Shown here piece after piece: positions 12,315 through 26,547 of a DNA stretch of 64,000 nt. The stretch's first letter is position 1. The number at the start of each line of letters is the position of its first letter. Source of the DNA: Takakia lepidozioides. Its lineage: Eukaryota > Plantae > Bryophyta. The stretch covers positions 73,656,001 to 73,720,000 of the forward strand of contig CM060733.1 in assembly GCA_030704615.1 (NCBI GenBank), given 5' to 3'. The notes below the pieces were generated by a model. That model had not been told where the DNA came from, did not search any database, and saw nothing but the letters and a program-made list of their open reading frames with translations. The position numbers and the translations under genes are program-made.

Positions 12315-15300
12315 TTAATCTTGAAAATCATCAGTATCGTCGTCCTGTCCTTGACTGTGCTGCTCCGCCTCCACCCCGTCATTGCCTTTCTCATCTCCAG
12401 CGGACTGCTCGTTGGCCAGGCTTTCGAAAATCCCATCTTCCCCTTGCGGAACCGACCATCTCACCTCCGTTGGGTCGTCGTCATCCCTGTCTGCATCGTT
12501 CTCATCCGCTGAATCACATATGAACTTTCGCACCCGTCTACCTGTCTCAGCTACTGCTAACTCTTTCCTTATCCTTCTGTCCTCCCTAGCCCTCTCCAAA
12601 ATCTGCTCTACTTTACTGGGATTCTCACATCGTCTAATCGCTGTATTTGCGAGTTTAGCCGCATAACTAGGAAGGGAGTAGTCCTTCACCGGGCTCATCA
12701 TGAAATCGGCCCTCGCAAAGAACGGGACATTCTTCCTGGCAGGAAGTGTAGGCCCTACATGTTTTGACCCGGATCCTGGAATCCTGCACATAACAATCAC
12801 CAACGAGACCAATGAGAACCACAGTCCGGAAATGCGTTTGACAAAAAATCACCCAGAAGGCTTTGCAAACTTACAATGTTTGCACTCACTCGTATTCCAG
12901 GTTCTCCTCGGCATCAATGTCCACTGTCTCTTCCTCCGACTCTGACGAATCCGATGAGTCTTTGGCTTCGATGGGAGCCTTCACATTCCGTTGCAGCCCT
13001 TCCAGATGGGATCCCTAGATGGATGTGTCCTCCTCGTAGGCAAAGAGGTGCCGGTCCAAAAACCGCCTAACCCACATTGAGGCACCTGTTACAATGCCAT
13101 CCACACATTATGACATGGCCCTTCAGATGTTGCGAATTAAAGCATAACGAGAATTTGCAGAACAACATAGAACAAGATTCTGCATACCTGTCCCACAGAT
13201 GAGGTCGAGCATTGTGCCCTCCACGTCAGTGCATGTCTCCATAATTGCCTGAATGAAGGCAGGGCTCTGAGTCCGTGAATACCGCAGGGGTTCAGTTGAA
13301 GTGAGGCTATGAGGGAGAAGTTCCGTGGGAACGTTGTTGAACAGGACGTCGTAATCGATGGGGTTGCAGTTCGGGTCAACCAACAATCCCTCCTTCCGGA
13401 AAGCAAAGGTGGAGTTCTCCTTCACAAAGCAGTATGCATCAAACTGCTTCGTCTGCATACACAGCGGGGAACGATTAGAAATCGAATGCGGCACCGCATT
13501 TCAAAACTCCTAAGAAAATGAAAGGACAAGTGTCAATGTCGTAATTACCTTCTTCCCTTCCGACCGAAGACCCAATGTGTTGATGCACGTCCACTTCTTC
13601 TTCAGAATTGGGACGGCGCTCTTGCAGGTCCACTTCGCAATTCCTGTCTGCGTGTTTTTGCCTCTGCTCGCCAAGACAACCACACAGCCTCTGTCGTCCA
13701 ACACCATGCGGGCGAGCCCGAATCTTTTCTTCCAAAAGTCCTCGGAGTACTTGTTCCAAGATGGCAAAGCTTGCAGTCCTTCCACAGGCTCTCCGTCCGG
13801 AATATCCAAGATGATCATATCGCAAGACCACTCGGTGGCATTTCCGCCCCTCCTACAATCATTGTCTGCACACACCCTCTCAAAGAACGAGACCATCTTC
13901 AGAAACCCAGGGGTGTCGGAAGGCTCTTCGGCAGCCGCCTTCTTCAGTGCTCTGCCCTTCAGACCCTCCATGGTCTTCATGTATGCCAACTTGGCTGCCT
14001 GTCCATCCAAAGCCGCCAAGAAACTCTCATTTACACACTGGACTACTGTATCGGGATCCACTTTCGGCCTCTTCATTTCCACCAGCTCGAAAGGGTGCCC
14101 CCCCCGAGGGGTTGAAGAGTGTCTTCTTTGCCGAGCTAGTTCTCGTCCCTCTCGTGACAACGGTGGGCACAGGGGATTTCGGCTGCGTTTCGGGGGGTGT
14201 GCTGGTTGCAAAGTCTCCATCGGAGTCCTCTTCGTCACCATCTTCCTGCTCTATCTGTTTCTGCTTCTTCATTTTCTTGGGTGTCACAACTGCTGCTCCT
14301 TGCTGGCGAGTCCTCTTCTTCGACCCCTTCTGTTGAGCCTGCACAGCTGCATCCACCGTCTTCTGTGCCATCTCAGCTGTCTTTCTGGATTGTTCCAGAG
14401 CAGCAGCTTCCTTTGCCGACTCTGGCCCAGCAGGGACACGTCTTTCCTTTCTCTTCTCTTCTGCTTTCGCGTGCAGATCTTTCTTAGACTCGTCAACAAT
14501 TCCGCCAGACGTGTCCAGGTACCACGGGCATCCAACGAGATGCGCGACATGCCAATGTTTCTGCATCTCGGGTGTGTAGACACAACTTGGGCCCGCCATG
14601 GTCCAAGCCATGAAGAACGGGGGCTCTTGAGCCAGGGCCCCTGTCTGAAGAAGCACGTATTTCATATACCTGCAGGGCAGTCAGCATGCGTGAGCAAAAG
14701 TTGTACTCACAGAGTGCAACCGAAAACATAAAATGTGAATGCGGTGCCGCATTTCCCAGGCAAACCTCATAACCAGGCTTTGCATACAAGGGCAGCTGGG
14801 CTTCACCTGTAAACAATTCGCATTGCAGCTTTTCTCGCTCCCTCCTGATGTGTAAACTCCACGCTCCTTCTTGCTGTCTGCAGCTCCCTGGCGAAGAGGT
14901 TGTCCTTGTACGCACATCTGAAACGTGTCACGTAGTCTTCCAATGTCTGTGTTCCATCCCATTTGACGTACAAGCCGAACGAATTTGTATGCATTACGAC
15001 TTGCTCCTTCGCATTTGTCATTACCTGCGATTCCCACATGCATTGTCACGTAGCAGTTCAGGGAATTCATTTCAGAAAGCAAATCGGGGGAAGTACCTTG
15101 AATTACCTGGAACCACCAAGTCATGCGGTTGAGCCATACATCCACTGCAGGGTCAGAAAGTTCAAGTGGAAAAGACCACATTGTCCTTATACTCTCCGAT
15201 GCATTCTAGATCAACAGCCACCGTGTTTGCCATTTCCGATCCAATGTGAGGAGCAGGAAGAAGAGTGGCTATTGCTAGGAAGGAACTTCAGTGCATTGAA

Positions 15301-15379
15301 ACCTCACCTTCTCTTTCGCCTCAACACATGCCGTTGAGAGGTGATGCAGTTTCTCCAACTGCATGGACGGCTGCATGGC
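12315..15379 (-). pseudogene. ParB-methyltransferase gene, 3' portion (multi-exon, with frameshift/stops)
   Basis: CDMIILDIPDG (motif IV-like, 13795-13806); ...SPAFIQAIMETCTDVEGTMLDLICGTG (motif X/I, ~13188-13265); GT-AG introns; terminal exon ends at 12315. Confidence 0.75.
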
Positions 15380-15757
15380 GTAAGGGAGCTGCCAAGACAA
15401 AACAGTTGATTAAGCTACGGAGGAAAAGGAAAGCACAAGATCAACTACGAAGAAAAGTAGCAATTCAGGCATGGGAGCTGCTGCTAGGTCTTGTCTCTTG
15501 GGATGCGATGTTTGGGGCATATCGATGGATCAAATGTTTGAGGATTGGGGGTTGGAATTTGAGACAATGACTTAGGATGACTCATGCTCACATAAGATTA
15601 TGCCAAAACTAGAGCAGGTTGCTGTTATGATCTTCAGATTATTGGTTTGAGGGAAACATCGTGGCACTTAGAGCACAAATAGACTTATACCAGTACACTC
15701 ACGGCAACGAATAGGTGTTGATTATTGTAGAGTGAAGAGCTTAGCATCATGATGTTC
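15380..15757 (+). mobile_element. Highly decayed possible Ty1/Copia gag-pre-integrase/integrase fragment
   Basis: Only weak motifs (W..RCLGHIDG; a QNGVxER-like remnant). Confidence 0.25.
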
Positions 15758-17561
15758 TGTTAGAGGGCTATTTGGGACTTAGACACTTTTATGGATTTTG
15801 TGGGGTACCCTTAATTTTTGACAGACTTATGGATGGTAGACTTGGACTAGCACAGGCCTTGGGGGTGGTAGACAGGCTTACACAGTCAGTCACAGCATTA
15901 CACAGTTAGACACACTTGACACAGCTTGTCACAGTCTGACACAACCTATCACAGTCTATCACAGCCTGACACAGCCCAACACAGTCAACCACAGCCCGAC
16001 ACAGATTCACACATCCGGTCACAGCTCGGCACAGTCACAGCCCGACACAGCTTGGCACAGCCCGTCACAACATATATAGGGAACGGTTATCATTGGCAGG
16101 GAACGACACCTGCAGAGGGAACGTGCTTACTTCTTGGGTGACAGTTAGTTAGTTAGGCGGTTAGAATAGCTTGCAGATAAATTAGGCAGAGCAGCAACAT
16201 GGAGGACACTTCTGGGGGAGAGCATTTTCTTGGCCATGAATAGAGGATATCAGGCGGAGAGCACAAACAGGAGCAAGGATAGAGAACACAGTGAAGGAGA
16301 AAAGACGATCTGTAGATGCTTGATACATGCAAAGCTGTAGGGTGATATTGTAGAGCAAATTAGAGACACCATGGCTTCGGTCTGTTACTTGATGAACCTA
16401 CCTTCCGCAATGTTGTGTTGTATTGATCATGTTGTATTGGAGTTCCATGTGTTTGACCTATCTGCAACATTTAATCTGGAACCTGGTGGATTGCCGAAGC
16501 AATCTGATACTTAAATATAAACAATAAGATAACTTGCTGACATGAAGGCAAGAAGGAATACAAACAAGAAGCACTTCCATGATATACTGGTTGTAGGTCA
16601 TGACTGATTGTTCTGAGCGGGCTGAGTGTTTAGAGATATCCAACTCTTCTATCTTGGAGTTTCCACCTCGGATAGCGAAGGGATGGGTGAGTAAAAGCCG
16701 CTCGACATTTGGCAACCATACTGGGGATCTGGGTCAAGAACAACCAGATGTGACAGGCATCTGGTGGGATCATGGTGGTTGGAGAATCAAAGAATTTGAT
16801 ATGAATCAAATTCCCTGTGGAACTGAGAAAGAAAGATTGTCCAAACAATTCTTTCAGAGGTTCTTGGAATTGCCAGACGGTTGCAAAGAAAACATTCTTA
16901 AGAGAGTGCATGATGCAGATCCAGAGTGGGTTCTGGAGAAAGGAGTGATAAAGATTTATCAATTGGCCTGTAGAGGGAAAGCAAGTTGGTTACCAACACT
17001 GGTTTATGTGATAGCGTTGTTATCCATTAAACGAGTGGAGTTTGAAGGCTAGGAGGAACGGAAAGTGAATGTTTACACTCATATGCATGAAAAATTGGTA
17101 CTTGTAAATAATTGGATTCCTAAGGATATCATGTAGATCAAACTTACACCAAGAATAGCTTTCCAGACGTGCTTGCCATATGGTTATATGGTAACGGAGA
17201 CTTCTAGTATAGCCAAGGGTGCATTAAAGCTTGAGAGAAATCCAGGCATATACGAGAGACACTACAGAAGAGAGTTTTGGTTATTGCCTCATTAAAGATA
17301 TGAAAGACATGGGACATGAGTGATGAAAGAGAAGCTAGACTTCACAGATATTCAACAAAAAGATAAAGTTATTTGAAAGCTAATTATCCATATCTTTGGG
17401 AGAGAGGAATAGACATAGGGGAATCATCTGGACCTCTCACACCATTAAGATCAGAGAGTACATCACCCATACCGGAAGAGGCAGAGTTGGATGCCACTCC
17501 TTCTTATTTTTTACAAGAAATATTAAGGGATTTGATAGAGGAAGAAGATCAACCACGAGGG
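15758..17561 (+). mobile_element. 5' end of a Gypsy element related to 37088-50150 (LTR 15758-16707, PBS from 16708, 5' ORF with stops, gag start); truncated by MULE B2
   Basis: TGTTAG...CGACA LTR; PBS tggcaaccatactgggga; ORF from 16600 homologous to 37857-38552. Confidence 0.85.
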
Positions 17562-20500
17562 GAGGTTAGCTATTTCATGAGCATGAGCGGCATGAGCGGA
17601 GTAGCAAGACAATCGGTTTTCATGAGCAGAAGTACAAATTTTGAAAATAAAAAACATTATAAAACATTAATTTAATGGAATGTGTAAGAAAAAACAAATA
17701 TATTATTCGGCACCTTGAAGGGGAAATTGTAGTTTTGAGAGTTGTGCTCATGATATTTCGTCTTCCGCTCATGCCAATTCCCAGCGACATGTGCAAAAAT
17801 GGCGCCGAATTTCGCGGTAAATGTAATACAGATGCTTGCACGGATAATACTTTGAACCCTTCTTTGCTTCCATCAACGAGAAGTCCGTACAATTGCAAGT
17901 CGGCTCCACTCCAATCGTAATTGTGTATACATCGTCGCGTACAGCCGAGCTGGCCATTGCCATCCGATAAACACGCCCAAGGCCGGGTGGAGGTACGTCC
18001 ACGGAGCTCTGAATAGTGCAAGCCATCCCAAGAGCATTGGCAATCCGAGTCTCATTCAACTTGTTGGGAGGGTGTCGTCTCTTCACTCTTCCGAATTGCA
18101 TTGTGGGATGTGTAGAATTGTCTAATCCGTCTCTACTGGACTAAGCAGTCTGCAATGACTGGGTCTGAGGAATTGGAAATGCGTGGGCCGGGACGTCTGT
18201 GCGTTGCACCATTCAAAATCCTGCTGCAGATAGAGCATCCGCCTCATTCTGAGAGAGGCTGCAACCCGATGCAACAGGCCAGACGCCCGGAGGCTCCGGC
18301 ATTCCCTGAATCCCGTATTTGGGCTTGCCAAATACACAGGTCATTATGTCGTGCCTACAGAACCAAAACGTCTGCGTTGTGGCGTAAGCAAATGTGGGAG
18401 TCAAAAATCTGCCGCTGAAACAAGGTGCAGGTACAGCACCGTGTGGGTTCCTCCGAATCATCTCACCACAGCGTGCTCTCGTATCCACCCGAATGGCGCA
18501 GCACTTCCCTCGAAATGCCGGCAATGTCCTTGCAATTCTCCACTGTGACTCCGACACTCTTGTCTCCACAATGGGTATGTTGTACTGCGTTACTACAGAT
18601 GGCTCGTTATGTTCCTCGGGCACGTGCCCTGTGCTCAAAGGAGATGGCGATCTTGAACGTGCAGGACTTGCGGTGCTCGACAAGACCTCCTCGGGCAACA
18701 TCACGGGACCACGAGGGAGCGTGCGAATATTCTTGTCAGCTCACCATGAATCATCTTCCCCGCCAGGTGCCTCGTCAAGTCTTCGTCTCACTGGACGGGT
18801 ATGAACATCTCCTTCCAAATGTTGGCCTCTTCGAAGCAATGGCGTGTCTCGAAGGCCCTCTCGCAAGGCCGCCGCCCACTTCCGAGGATTCTTCGATCTG
18901 GAGGCAGTCCGCATCAGCATTTCCTGCCTGTCCGGCCCCAAGCCCCACTGTTTCCCTTTCAAGAACTCGTTGTACCTGCATTGCTGCATAATTGACCTCA
19001 CAATGTCCTCCGTTGTGGCAGTGAGGATGTCCACCAGATGCGCCGCAGAGGAGGCACGCCAGGAAGAATGCATTGATTTGGCCATGTTTGTCGTGGGCAT
19101 GTCGGTGTCGGAGTCGAGACACATTTCTTGCACAAGCACATGTTGAGGTTACAAGCAAGTTACAAATAATGCCAAGAATAATATTCAACGAGACGCGAAT
19201 TCGTGCAACTCACCTCCCGCATATAGTCGCCGAACTGGAGGAAACGATAATGCCACCATGCCAGCCAACTGACCATTGCTCCCTCGTCTGATTTCCTTAC
19301 AGCACCTGACGATGTCCACCAAGCCCGTATACATGCAAACTGTGTCTCTGCATCATCCAAGGTGGGAGCGCGCTTCCACGCAAGACACATGGAACGGTGC
19401 TCCTCTCTGAAATCTGGCGCCACGAGCCTGGTTGTGTACTGCGAAAGGCTCTGCAGAAAATGGAACCCACAAGATCTCTCCTTGCCTTCCATGGGAACAT
19501 TGGGGTCTTGCCCATACACCCTTCGGATGGCAGCCCAATTTGCTTGTGCGTTGTCCGCCATGAAACCACGGAAATTGGGAGGGGGCAATCCCGCCTTGGC
19601 CATCTATTCGTTTATTCCCTGCCAAAGAAGCATCTCCGATTGTGTGTCCTCTCCTTTCATCTCACAAATAGCAATTGTCATTAGCATCCTGCAGTGGGTG
19701 TCGTAGACATGTGCACCCATTGTCACCCACTGGTGATTCGTAATTCGCTTGATATGGTCGAACATGACCCAACTGTTTGACAAGTCCCCACTCGTCATCC
19801 TGTCGACCAGTTCGACGCCGCTGCCAGGTCCACACGTGGACATTTTTGAATACGAAACAACGATCTGCCTCAGTCCCTTGTCCTGGAAACCTACTTCCAT
19901 GAATGTAGTCATATCCACATCGTCGCTTCACCTCCAGAATGGAGTGCATATCCGAGCCACGCCCAATTTTCTGTTTGCATGAGACAATGTGGTTTCGGAC
20001 ATTCGGTGACTCCAGCAATGCCTCCATTTCCTTCTCATCGAGAGGAACTCTATCGGAGCCGTCTTCCGACATAATTCTGGCCAATGCCATCTTATGGGCG
20101 GCTTGGAGCTGTATCTATTTGGGTTTGGCACCCGGTCTCAACTTAACCTCCTCCTGAACGAGCTGCTCTGCCTCGTGGGCAGCCTCCCGCGAGTTCCCCC
20201 TCGCCAATTTGTGACAATGGGAACCAACGTGTATGCAAGCTCGGGTGAGGTCAGGGAAACGGTGCAACACATAGAACTGCTTGGCATTACAACAGACATG
20301 CAGTGTGGTGGTTCTTTGCAATGCGCACACTTAAATGTGGAGTTCGGAACCTTCTCCTGAGCTCGAAATGGTTGATGAGCTGTGCCTGTCCAATCGGTCT
20401 CGTTCCTGTGACCTCTGGATTTAAAATGGAAGCAAGTTGGGGAGAAACACCGCAACGCGCCCGCACAAACAACGTAGCGCACCCTTACACCATCGAGCAT

Positions 20501-21133
20501 CTTCATGCTGGTGGTTTTGGTGACGCACCAAGGATGACCATCATGTTTTCTATCCATATCTGTCAACATTCCGGACGCCCTCGAGTAGTCCGTCCGAGGA
20601 GGGAACTCAAAGAAGATATTACCGTCGACGTCTGCGGGAAGGCATGTAACCGATTTAATTGCAAACTTGCTGTAGTCCAGCCCGGCCAGCTCTGAGCGGT
20701 GTCCCTCCATGTGAAGCCCTCGCAGAATTTCAAGAATAGATCGAACTGCGGTGCTCGTGCTGGGAATATGACTCCCTCGTCCACTGACGTCCATTGAGGA
20801 CTTGCCTGATCTCCAGGACAACCTCGGAACTTCCATGACCTTGTCTGAGTCGGACAGGTTGTGAACAATCCGGTTCTCGCTCGTCTTCATGGATGGGTTC
20901 GGCTCTGGATTTACTTCGTTGCGGACTTCTCTCTTTGAGGTAGCCACTCTCTGATTCGCGGATTGTTTCGTGGAAGGTGCCAGGATAGAAGGTGCATTTG
21001 GCGGGCAAATGAAGTCCCCAACAACCATGTATATGACGCTATCTGATGGTGGAACTCGCCATTCCCTGCCATCGCCGAAGTCATCGTGGAGCACAACAAT
21101 ACTCTCGACAACAACGTCGTTTGAGTCCTTTCT
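17562..21133 (-). mobile_element. MULE family B copy B2: right terminus + most of the transposase
   Basis: Terminus gaggttagctatttcatgagc at 17562 is the RC of the 55137 end. Confidence 0.9.
17817..21133 (-). pseudogene. Family B MULE transposase (GCM-like, DDE, SWIM), disrupted
   Basis: CAGALRCFSPTC...CAHC...HVGSHCH; WVMFDH; FMADNAQANW; CGFHF; TNMAKSMH (catalytic E to K); SWIM CNCTDF...CKHLYY; frameshifts. Confidence 0.9.
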
Positions 21134-21943
21134 TCCCGGGGGGTGCACTCTTTATAAACTGTGCGTATCACGTGCGTTCGTCGCCTAATAAAAAAACCCC
21201 CTGTATACGGGTCCTTGGATAATTTATACCCCCTCTGTACATACTTTTTGAAGATTATAAAATCCCCTCCTGTAAATATACAAAAATTTACAATTTTTGG
21301 AAAGTACCCCCTTCTGTATGTATATTCTCATTTTTCATCATTAAAAATAACCCTCCAATATGTATATGTATGTTTTTATATTATATCGAATTTATTCATT
21401 TAAAACATAATAAAAGCTAACACATTAATTAAAAAATTTATTTGCCTTTGATAAAGTTGTCAAAGACTTTTCGGTCATTTGCATCAAGAACATACGTGTT
21501 TGACTTGACATTGTACTTTAAACATGCTAACGCGATAATGGAATCCAAATCAACCATCATGTTATCCGTCAAATCGTACGTATAGACCCCTCCTCGAATT
21601 TTTTGGTATCATGCTAACCCAATCTCCATATGAGAAGGACACTCCAATAAATCAACAGAATCCCTACATTCTACAAACCGCTTATTGATTTTCTTCCGCA
21701 TTCTTTGAACCCTGCCCAAATACCAAGTGCCTTTGGTTGCTCCTCTGCAGGTTTTCCCTGGTCTACCTTTCCTGTTTGTAGTTTGGATCGCAGTCTCCCC
21801 ATCAACAAAAAATACAGCACAATCCGAACCCAATCCCAAGCTCGTGGCTTATCAAATCGCCTTACTGCAACAACATTGCTTGCGACCGCTCATGATGCCG
21901 CTTTTGGCATCACCTTGAGCAAAAGCTCACCTTGAACCTTTTT
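21134..21943 (-). mobile_element. End of another probable DNA transposon (CCCGGGGGGTGCAC terminus, AT-rich subterminal region, decayed ORF C-terminus)
   Basis: Abrupt junction within the B2 transposase; ORF remnant LGLGSDCAVFF...WYLGRVQRMRKK. Family not recognised. Confidence 0.4.
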
Positions 21944-24647
21944 TGACTAGGAAGATAACCTTGAACTAACCATGCGCCCCAATCACTACAATTGGGTCCG
22001 CCTTGGAATGTTGGCCTGAGGTATGGGAACATGCCAAAGCCGCACTACGACTTCATCCCGAGGCTACACGATTATAGTACGTGAACGGAAGCACGTAGCT
22101 TCCGCGTTAGCCCGCACTACAAGGCAACCCCCTCGGTAGCGCAGTTATAGTACGCGCACGCGCCAGGTGCGCACTAACACGTGAACTCCCAAGGAAGGCG
22201 CAAGTTTCCTTGCCCCTTGGATGGGAGTCACCCGATTTCGGCACTACGCAAACACACGATTAATCCAATTTCTCCCACTTCTGTAAGCTAGCATGCATTC
22301 TACACACTAGCCAACCATACCATGCATCACCATTCCAAACAAAATAGGATGCACAACATTTGGAAACCATTTCATTTATAACAAAATTTGTACAATACAA
22401 GTTTTTGCAATCGGATTCCTGAGCTAGCTAAGCCGGGCTAAGCATGCATTTCCTCGCCCACGATCCAAGGTTGATGTCCCCATCAACGTTTCTTCTGCTT
22501 TTGAGGTTGCCCTTCGAAAGTTGCAACCGCCTCGGATGCGTTTCCCATTTCTGAGGCACGCACCCAAGATGCCTCCACATGATGATAGCCCTTCCATTTC
22601 ACAAGATATTCCGTTTCTCGATTCTTGAACCTCCTCGACTTAAGCACTGCCTCGACCTCGTACTCAGGTTCATTTTCATGATCCAACGACACAGGTGGCG
22701 GACGCAACACTTGATGCCGATTCGGACGCGCTTCATCTTTGAAGTAAGGCTTCAAAAGAGAGACGTGGAATACCGGGTGCACCTTGCTGTTTGCCAGCAG
22801 CTCCAATTCGTACACGTCCTCATTCATATCCTTCCGGATGCGAAAGGGTCCCGCATATGGAGGTACGAACTTCGGACTCACATCCGGAGGTAGTCGGAAA
22901 TTCTTATGTTCAACCAGACCTCCATGCCTGCCTCAAACTTAACTTCCCTCCGCTTCCGATTCGCCTGCCGTTCATACCGTTTCCTAGCTTTGGCAATGTT
23001 GTACTTTGCGAGCTTCAACAAACGCTCGCGTTCTTCCAGTATCGCCGCTGCTGCCAGTTCCTCAACGTCCTGGGCGGCCCAACTTGTCGGCACCAGAGGT
23101 GCCCTTCCATAGACCAATATGAAAGGGGAAACTCCCGTTGCGGAGTGTTTTGTGTTATTATAACAGAACTTTGCCGCGTCCAAGTGCTCCACCCAGTCTG
23201 ATTGGTCTGCCGACACGTAATTCCGCAAGATCTGCTTCACCACGGAATTCACTCTTTCCGTTTGGCCGTCTGTCGTAGGTCGGAAGGCGGTGCTCATCTT
23301 GAGCCTTGTCCCCATCTTCTTCCAAAGTGCCCTCCAAAATTTACTCGTAAACTTTGGGTCGCGGTCCGAGACAATATCCTTCAGGAGTCCATGATGCTTG
23401 AAGACGTGGGCAAAGTAAAGTCGCCCCGTTTCCTGCGCCGTTGCCGTCTCCTTGGTGGGGATGGAATGGCCCATCTTATTGAACCTATCCACCATCACCA
23501 TGATCGCATCGAATCATTTTGACAGCGGCATAGCAGTCATGAAATCCATCGAGACACTTTCCCAAGACCCCTCTAGAATCGGCAAGGGTTGTAACAACCC
23601 CGCTTGCTTTTTGTACTCGCTCCGGTTTTGTTGGCATGTGGTGCATGTCTTGACATACTCCTCGGCCTCCTCCCTCAGTTTGGGCCAGAAATATTCTTTC
23701 TTCAAGAGTGCTGCGGTGCGCTTGGCTCCGCCGTGGCCCGCAAGCGGGCCATCATGACATTCTCTCAAGAGACTATCTCTGATCCCTCCCTTCAACACAT
23801 AGAGACGCTTTTGCTTATAACAGAGCAGTCCATTTTGCAAGTGGAACTGCAATTTAACCCCCATCCTCAAGTCCCGCATCACGGACTTCGTCATCTCATC
23901 CTTCCGGTAAGCCTTCCGGATCTTCCTTTGGAGTGTCGTCTCGCCCCTGTACACCAACATGAGCTGCTGCTTTCTACTTAAAGCATCGGCCACCACATTG
24001 TCCCGTCCCGGTTTGTACTGGATATCCACGTCAAACACCGCCAAAGTATCTTGCCACCTAAGTTGTTTTGGGGACAACTTAGGCTGCGTGGCAAAATACT
24101 TCACCGTGACATTGTCCGTGAACACCTTCACCGGGTTGGAACCAACATAGTGGCGCCAAAGCTCAAGGCAATGCACCACCGCCTTCATTTCCTTCTCATG
24201 CGTAGGCCATCGTCGCTCCACTTCATTCAGTTTCTTACTTTCGTAAGCCACTGGACGTCCATCCTGCATGAGTACGCCCCCTATTGCAAAGTCCGACGCA
24301 TCCGTATGAATCTCAAATGGACGGTCGAACTCCGGGATTTTTGAGGACTGGAGCTTCCGCCATCCGCTGCTTCAACTCGGCAAAAGCTTGGCCACAAAAG
24401 GTGTTCCATACCCAGACTTTGGATTTACACAGAAGGTCTGACAGCGGCCCCGCGATCTTGGCAAAATTTCTCACATACTTCCGGTAATAGGAGGCGAGTC
24501 CTAGGAAGGATCGCACTCCCGGGACCGAAGTCGGAGGCTCCCAGTCCAAGATCGCCCTCACCTTTCTGTCATCCATTTTGATCCCATCCTGTGTAATCAC
24601 ATGCCCCAGGAACTCCACCTTTGTGACCCCGAATTCGCACTTTGAAG
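21944..24647 (-). mobile_element. Chromovirus (Ty3/Gypsy) 3' fragment: RT end, RNase H, integrase, chromodomain, PPT, ~505-bp 3' LTR (21944-22448)
   Basis: FLGLASYYRKYV; RNase H region QDGRPVAYESKKL; HHCC Zn finger; DRDPKFTS; TDGQTERVN; GPF/HPVFHVSLLK; chromodomain YEVEAVLK...YLVKWKGY; purine tract gggcgaggaaa before TG. Confidence 0.85.
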
Positions 24648-25408
24648 TTGAATCCATCAACCATTTGAGTGGCTGGTGATCCGTGACAAGAGTGAAGAGA
24701 TTGTCGTATAGATAACACCTGAAGTGTGTCATGGCCAACACTGCAGCTAAGCACTCCCCCTCATATGAGCTACTTTGCAGCGTTGTTCGAGCGGCTAGCA
24801 TAAGCCACTACGAACTCTTTTCCCTCATCATCCACCTGTGTGAACACCGCTCCAAGCCCCAGCATGCTCCAATCCGTATGCAGCTGAAAGGGGCGCACCC
24901 TGATAGGTCGTCTCAGGATAGGCGCCGAGGTCAACCTCGCCTTGAGCTCTTGAAAAGCTCATTCTTGCTCATTCTTGCTCATCTTCCCACTGCCACTCCT
25001 GGTCCACCTTGGTCAGCTTGGTTAGAGCCTTTGCAATAGCACTAAATCCCTTGACAGACCGTCTATAATAGTTCGCCAACCCCATGAAATCTCGAACTCA
25101 GCTCACATCCATGGGGCGTGGAATCTGTGCAATGGCCTCTACCTTAGTCTATTGTACCCCCAATCCTCCAGGATATATCACGTGGCCCAGATACTCAATC
25201 TGGTTGTGGAAGAACTTACACTTCCCCGGATGAAATTTCAATTCGTGTGCCCTCAAGCGCTCAAACACCACCCGAAGGTGTCTCTCGTGCTCCTCCACCG
25301 TAGCACTAAAGATGATGATGTCATCTATGTAGCACCGAGCAAAGTCCACCCCTGCTAGAATCCTGTCCATGACTCTCTGGAACTCTGCAGGAGCGTTCTT
25401 AAGCCCGA
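24648..25408 (-). mobile_element. Gypsy RT C-half/RNase H fragment (same element as 4528-6068)
   Basis: GLKNAPAEFQRVMDRILAG...CYIDDIIIFS; TDHQPLKWLM. Confidence 0.8.
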
Positions 25409-26547
25409 GCCTACCGGGGTTACACAGTCCATAGGATCCGTGACAGGTGGACGTGGGTTAACATCCGGACAGTGGCCGGCGAAAAAGTGGACGGAGGCAC
25501 GTTTAGAAATGGACACGTGGACGCCAGGGCGAGACACACAGCCGGACATGGATTGCAAAGGCGAGTGTCATCAAGGAAAAAGACAAAATTGGCCGTCAAA
25601 GTACCTACCCGACACATTAACTTATTATGGGCCCATTAATGCATACATGGAAAGGGTAACGGAACCCTTTAAAAGTACCAAAAAGCGAAATCCATGTCAC
25701 ATGTGCTATCCTAGTGGACAGTCCAGAGTGGAAAATCCATGGAAGGAAATTAAATCTAAAATCCAGTCACAACAGTTACAGCCAATCATACGCCAGAAGC
25801 AGGATCAAGAAAAGGGAGGGATTTTAAGCGTAAGAGTCGGCGTCATTCCAAGTAACGGGCGTCTCGACGGGACAGACCATCAATGCTATGGAGGAACTAA
25901 CAGACTATACGCTCGCGATACTACTTACGCAGTGGCACGGGGATAGAAGAACAGAGAGTGTCTTTTCTCTTAATCGATGCTTGCAAGCCCCGCAGGCTTA
26001 CAAGAAATTACCCATAGCATTTTGTGGCAACCATACGTTTATGCTTTGTGCATTGCAGGCATTTCTTCAATTGTTACAGCCAAAACCTTTCTGTGGGTCT
26101 AGAATGAAGAGAGTGAGAGGAATGGAAGAAATCAGGGTGAAGAGCACCACAATCCTGCAGAAACAAACGATTGCTACTCCACAGGCGGTACAGTTACTGA
26201 AGGAGCTGCGATTAGAAGGATTGCAAAGCAAAGATTGGACATTGCACCATAGGCAGTACATGTTACAATTCTTGCAGAACTTGGAGCCTAGGACAAGAGC
26301 AACAACGGTGAAGGGAGTTGAATTAGAAATTACTCCCCTATACCTACAGCAATTGTTTGAATTGCCATCAGGTCAGGTGCATGTGGAGGAGCACAGGGCA
26401 AGACTGCAAATAGGGGACTTATTCCAAGAAGGGAGTTTCTTTAAAACTCAGGGTTATGCTTGTACCAAGGCCGTGTACCTAGGGCTAAGGGAGGTAGGCC
26501 AGGTATTGAACGTTCTGTTTGTCATGAAACAGAACCAACAGTATTTG
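25409..26547 (+). mobile_element. LTR-less internal fragment of the 37088-50150 Gypsy family inserted in RT
   Basis: Colinear with ~44906-46056. Confidence 0.85.

Larger units (their letters stand above)
10541..15379 (+). mobile_element. MULE family A copy A2 (internal part: ORF-X, array 2, 3' part of ParB-MTase gene); its left end is 57897-59412
   Basis: Inverted homolog of 6069-9013 and direct homolog of 27013-29151; interrupted by A1 at the cagcgcgg site. Confidence 0.85.

Noticed and set aside
6069-13222. Large inverted repeat (6069-9013 vs ~10590-13222) as giant TIRs or a foldback element
   Set aside because: Explained by one family A copy inserted in opposite orientation into another.
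13577-14731. 384-aa plus-strand ORF (and 27341-28467 equivalents)
   Set aside because: Antisense shadow of the minus-strand MTase exons; not conserved as one frame between copies.
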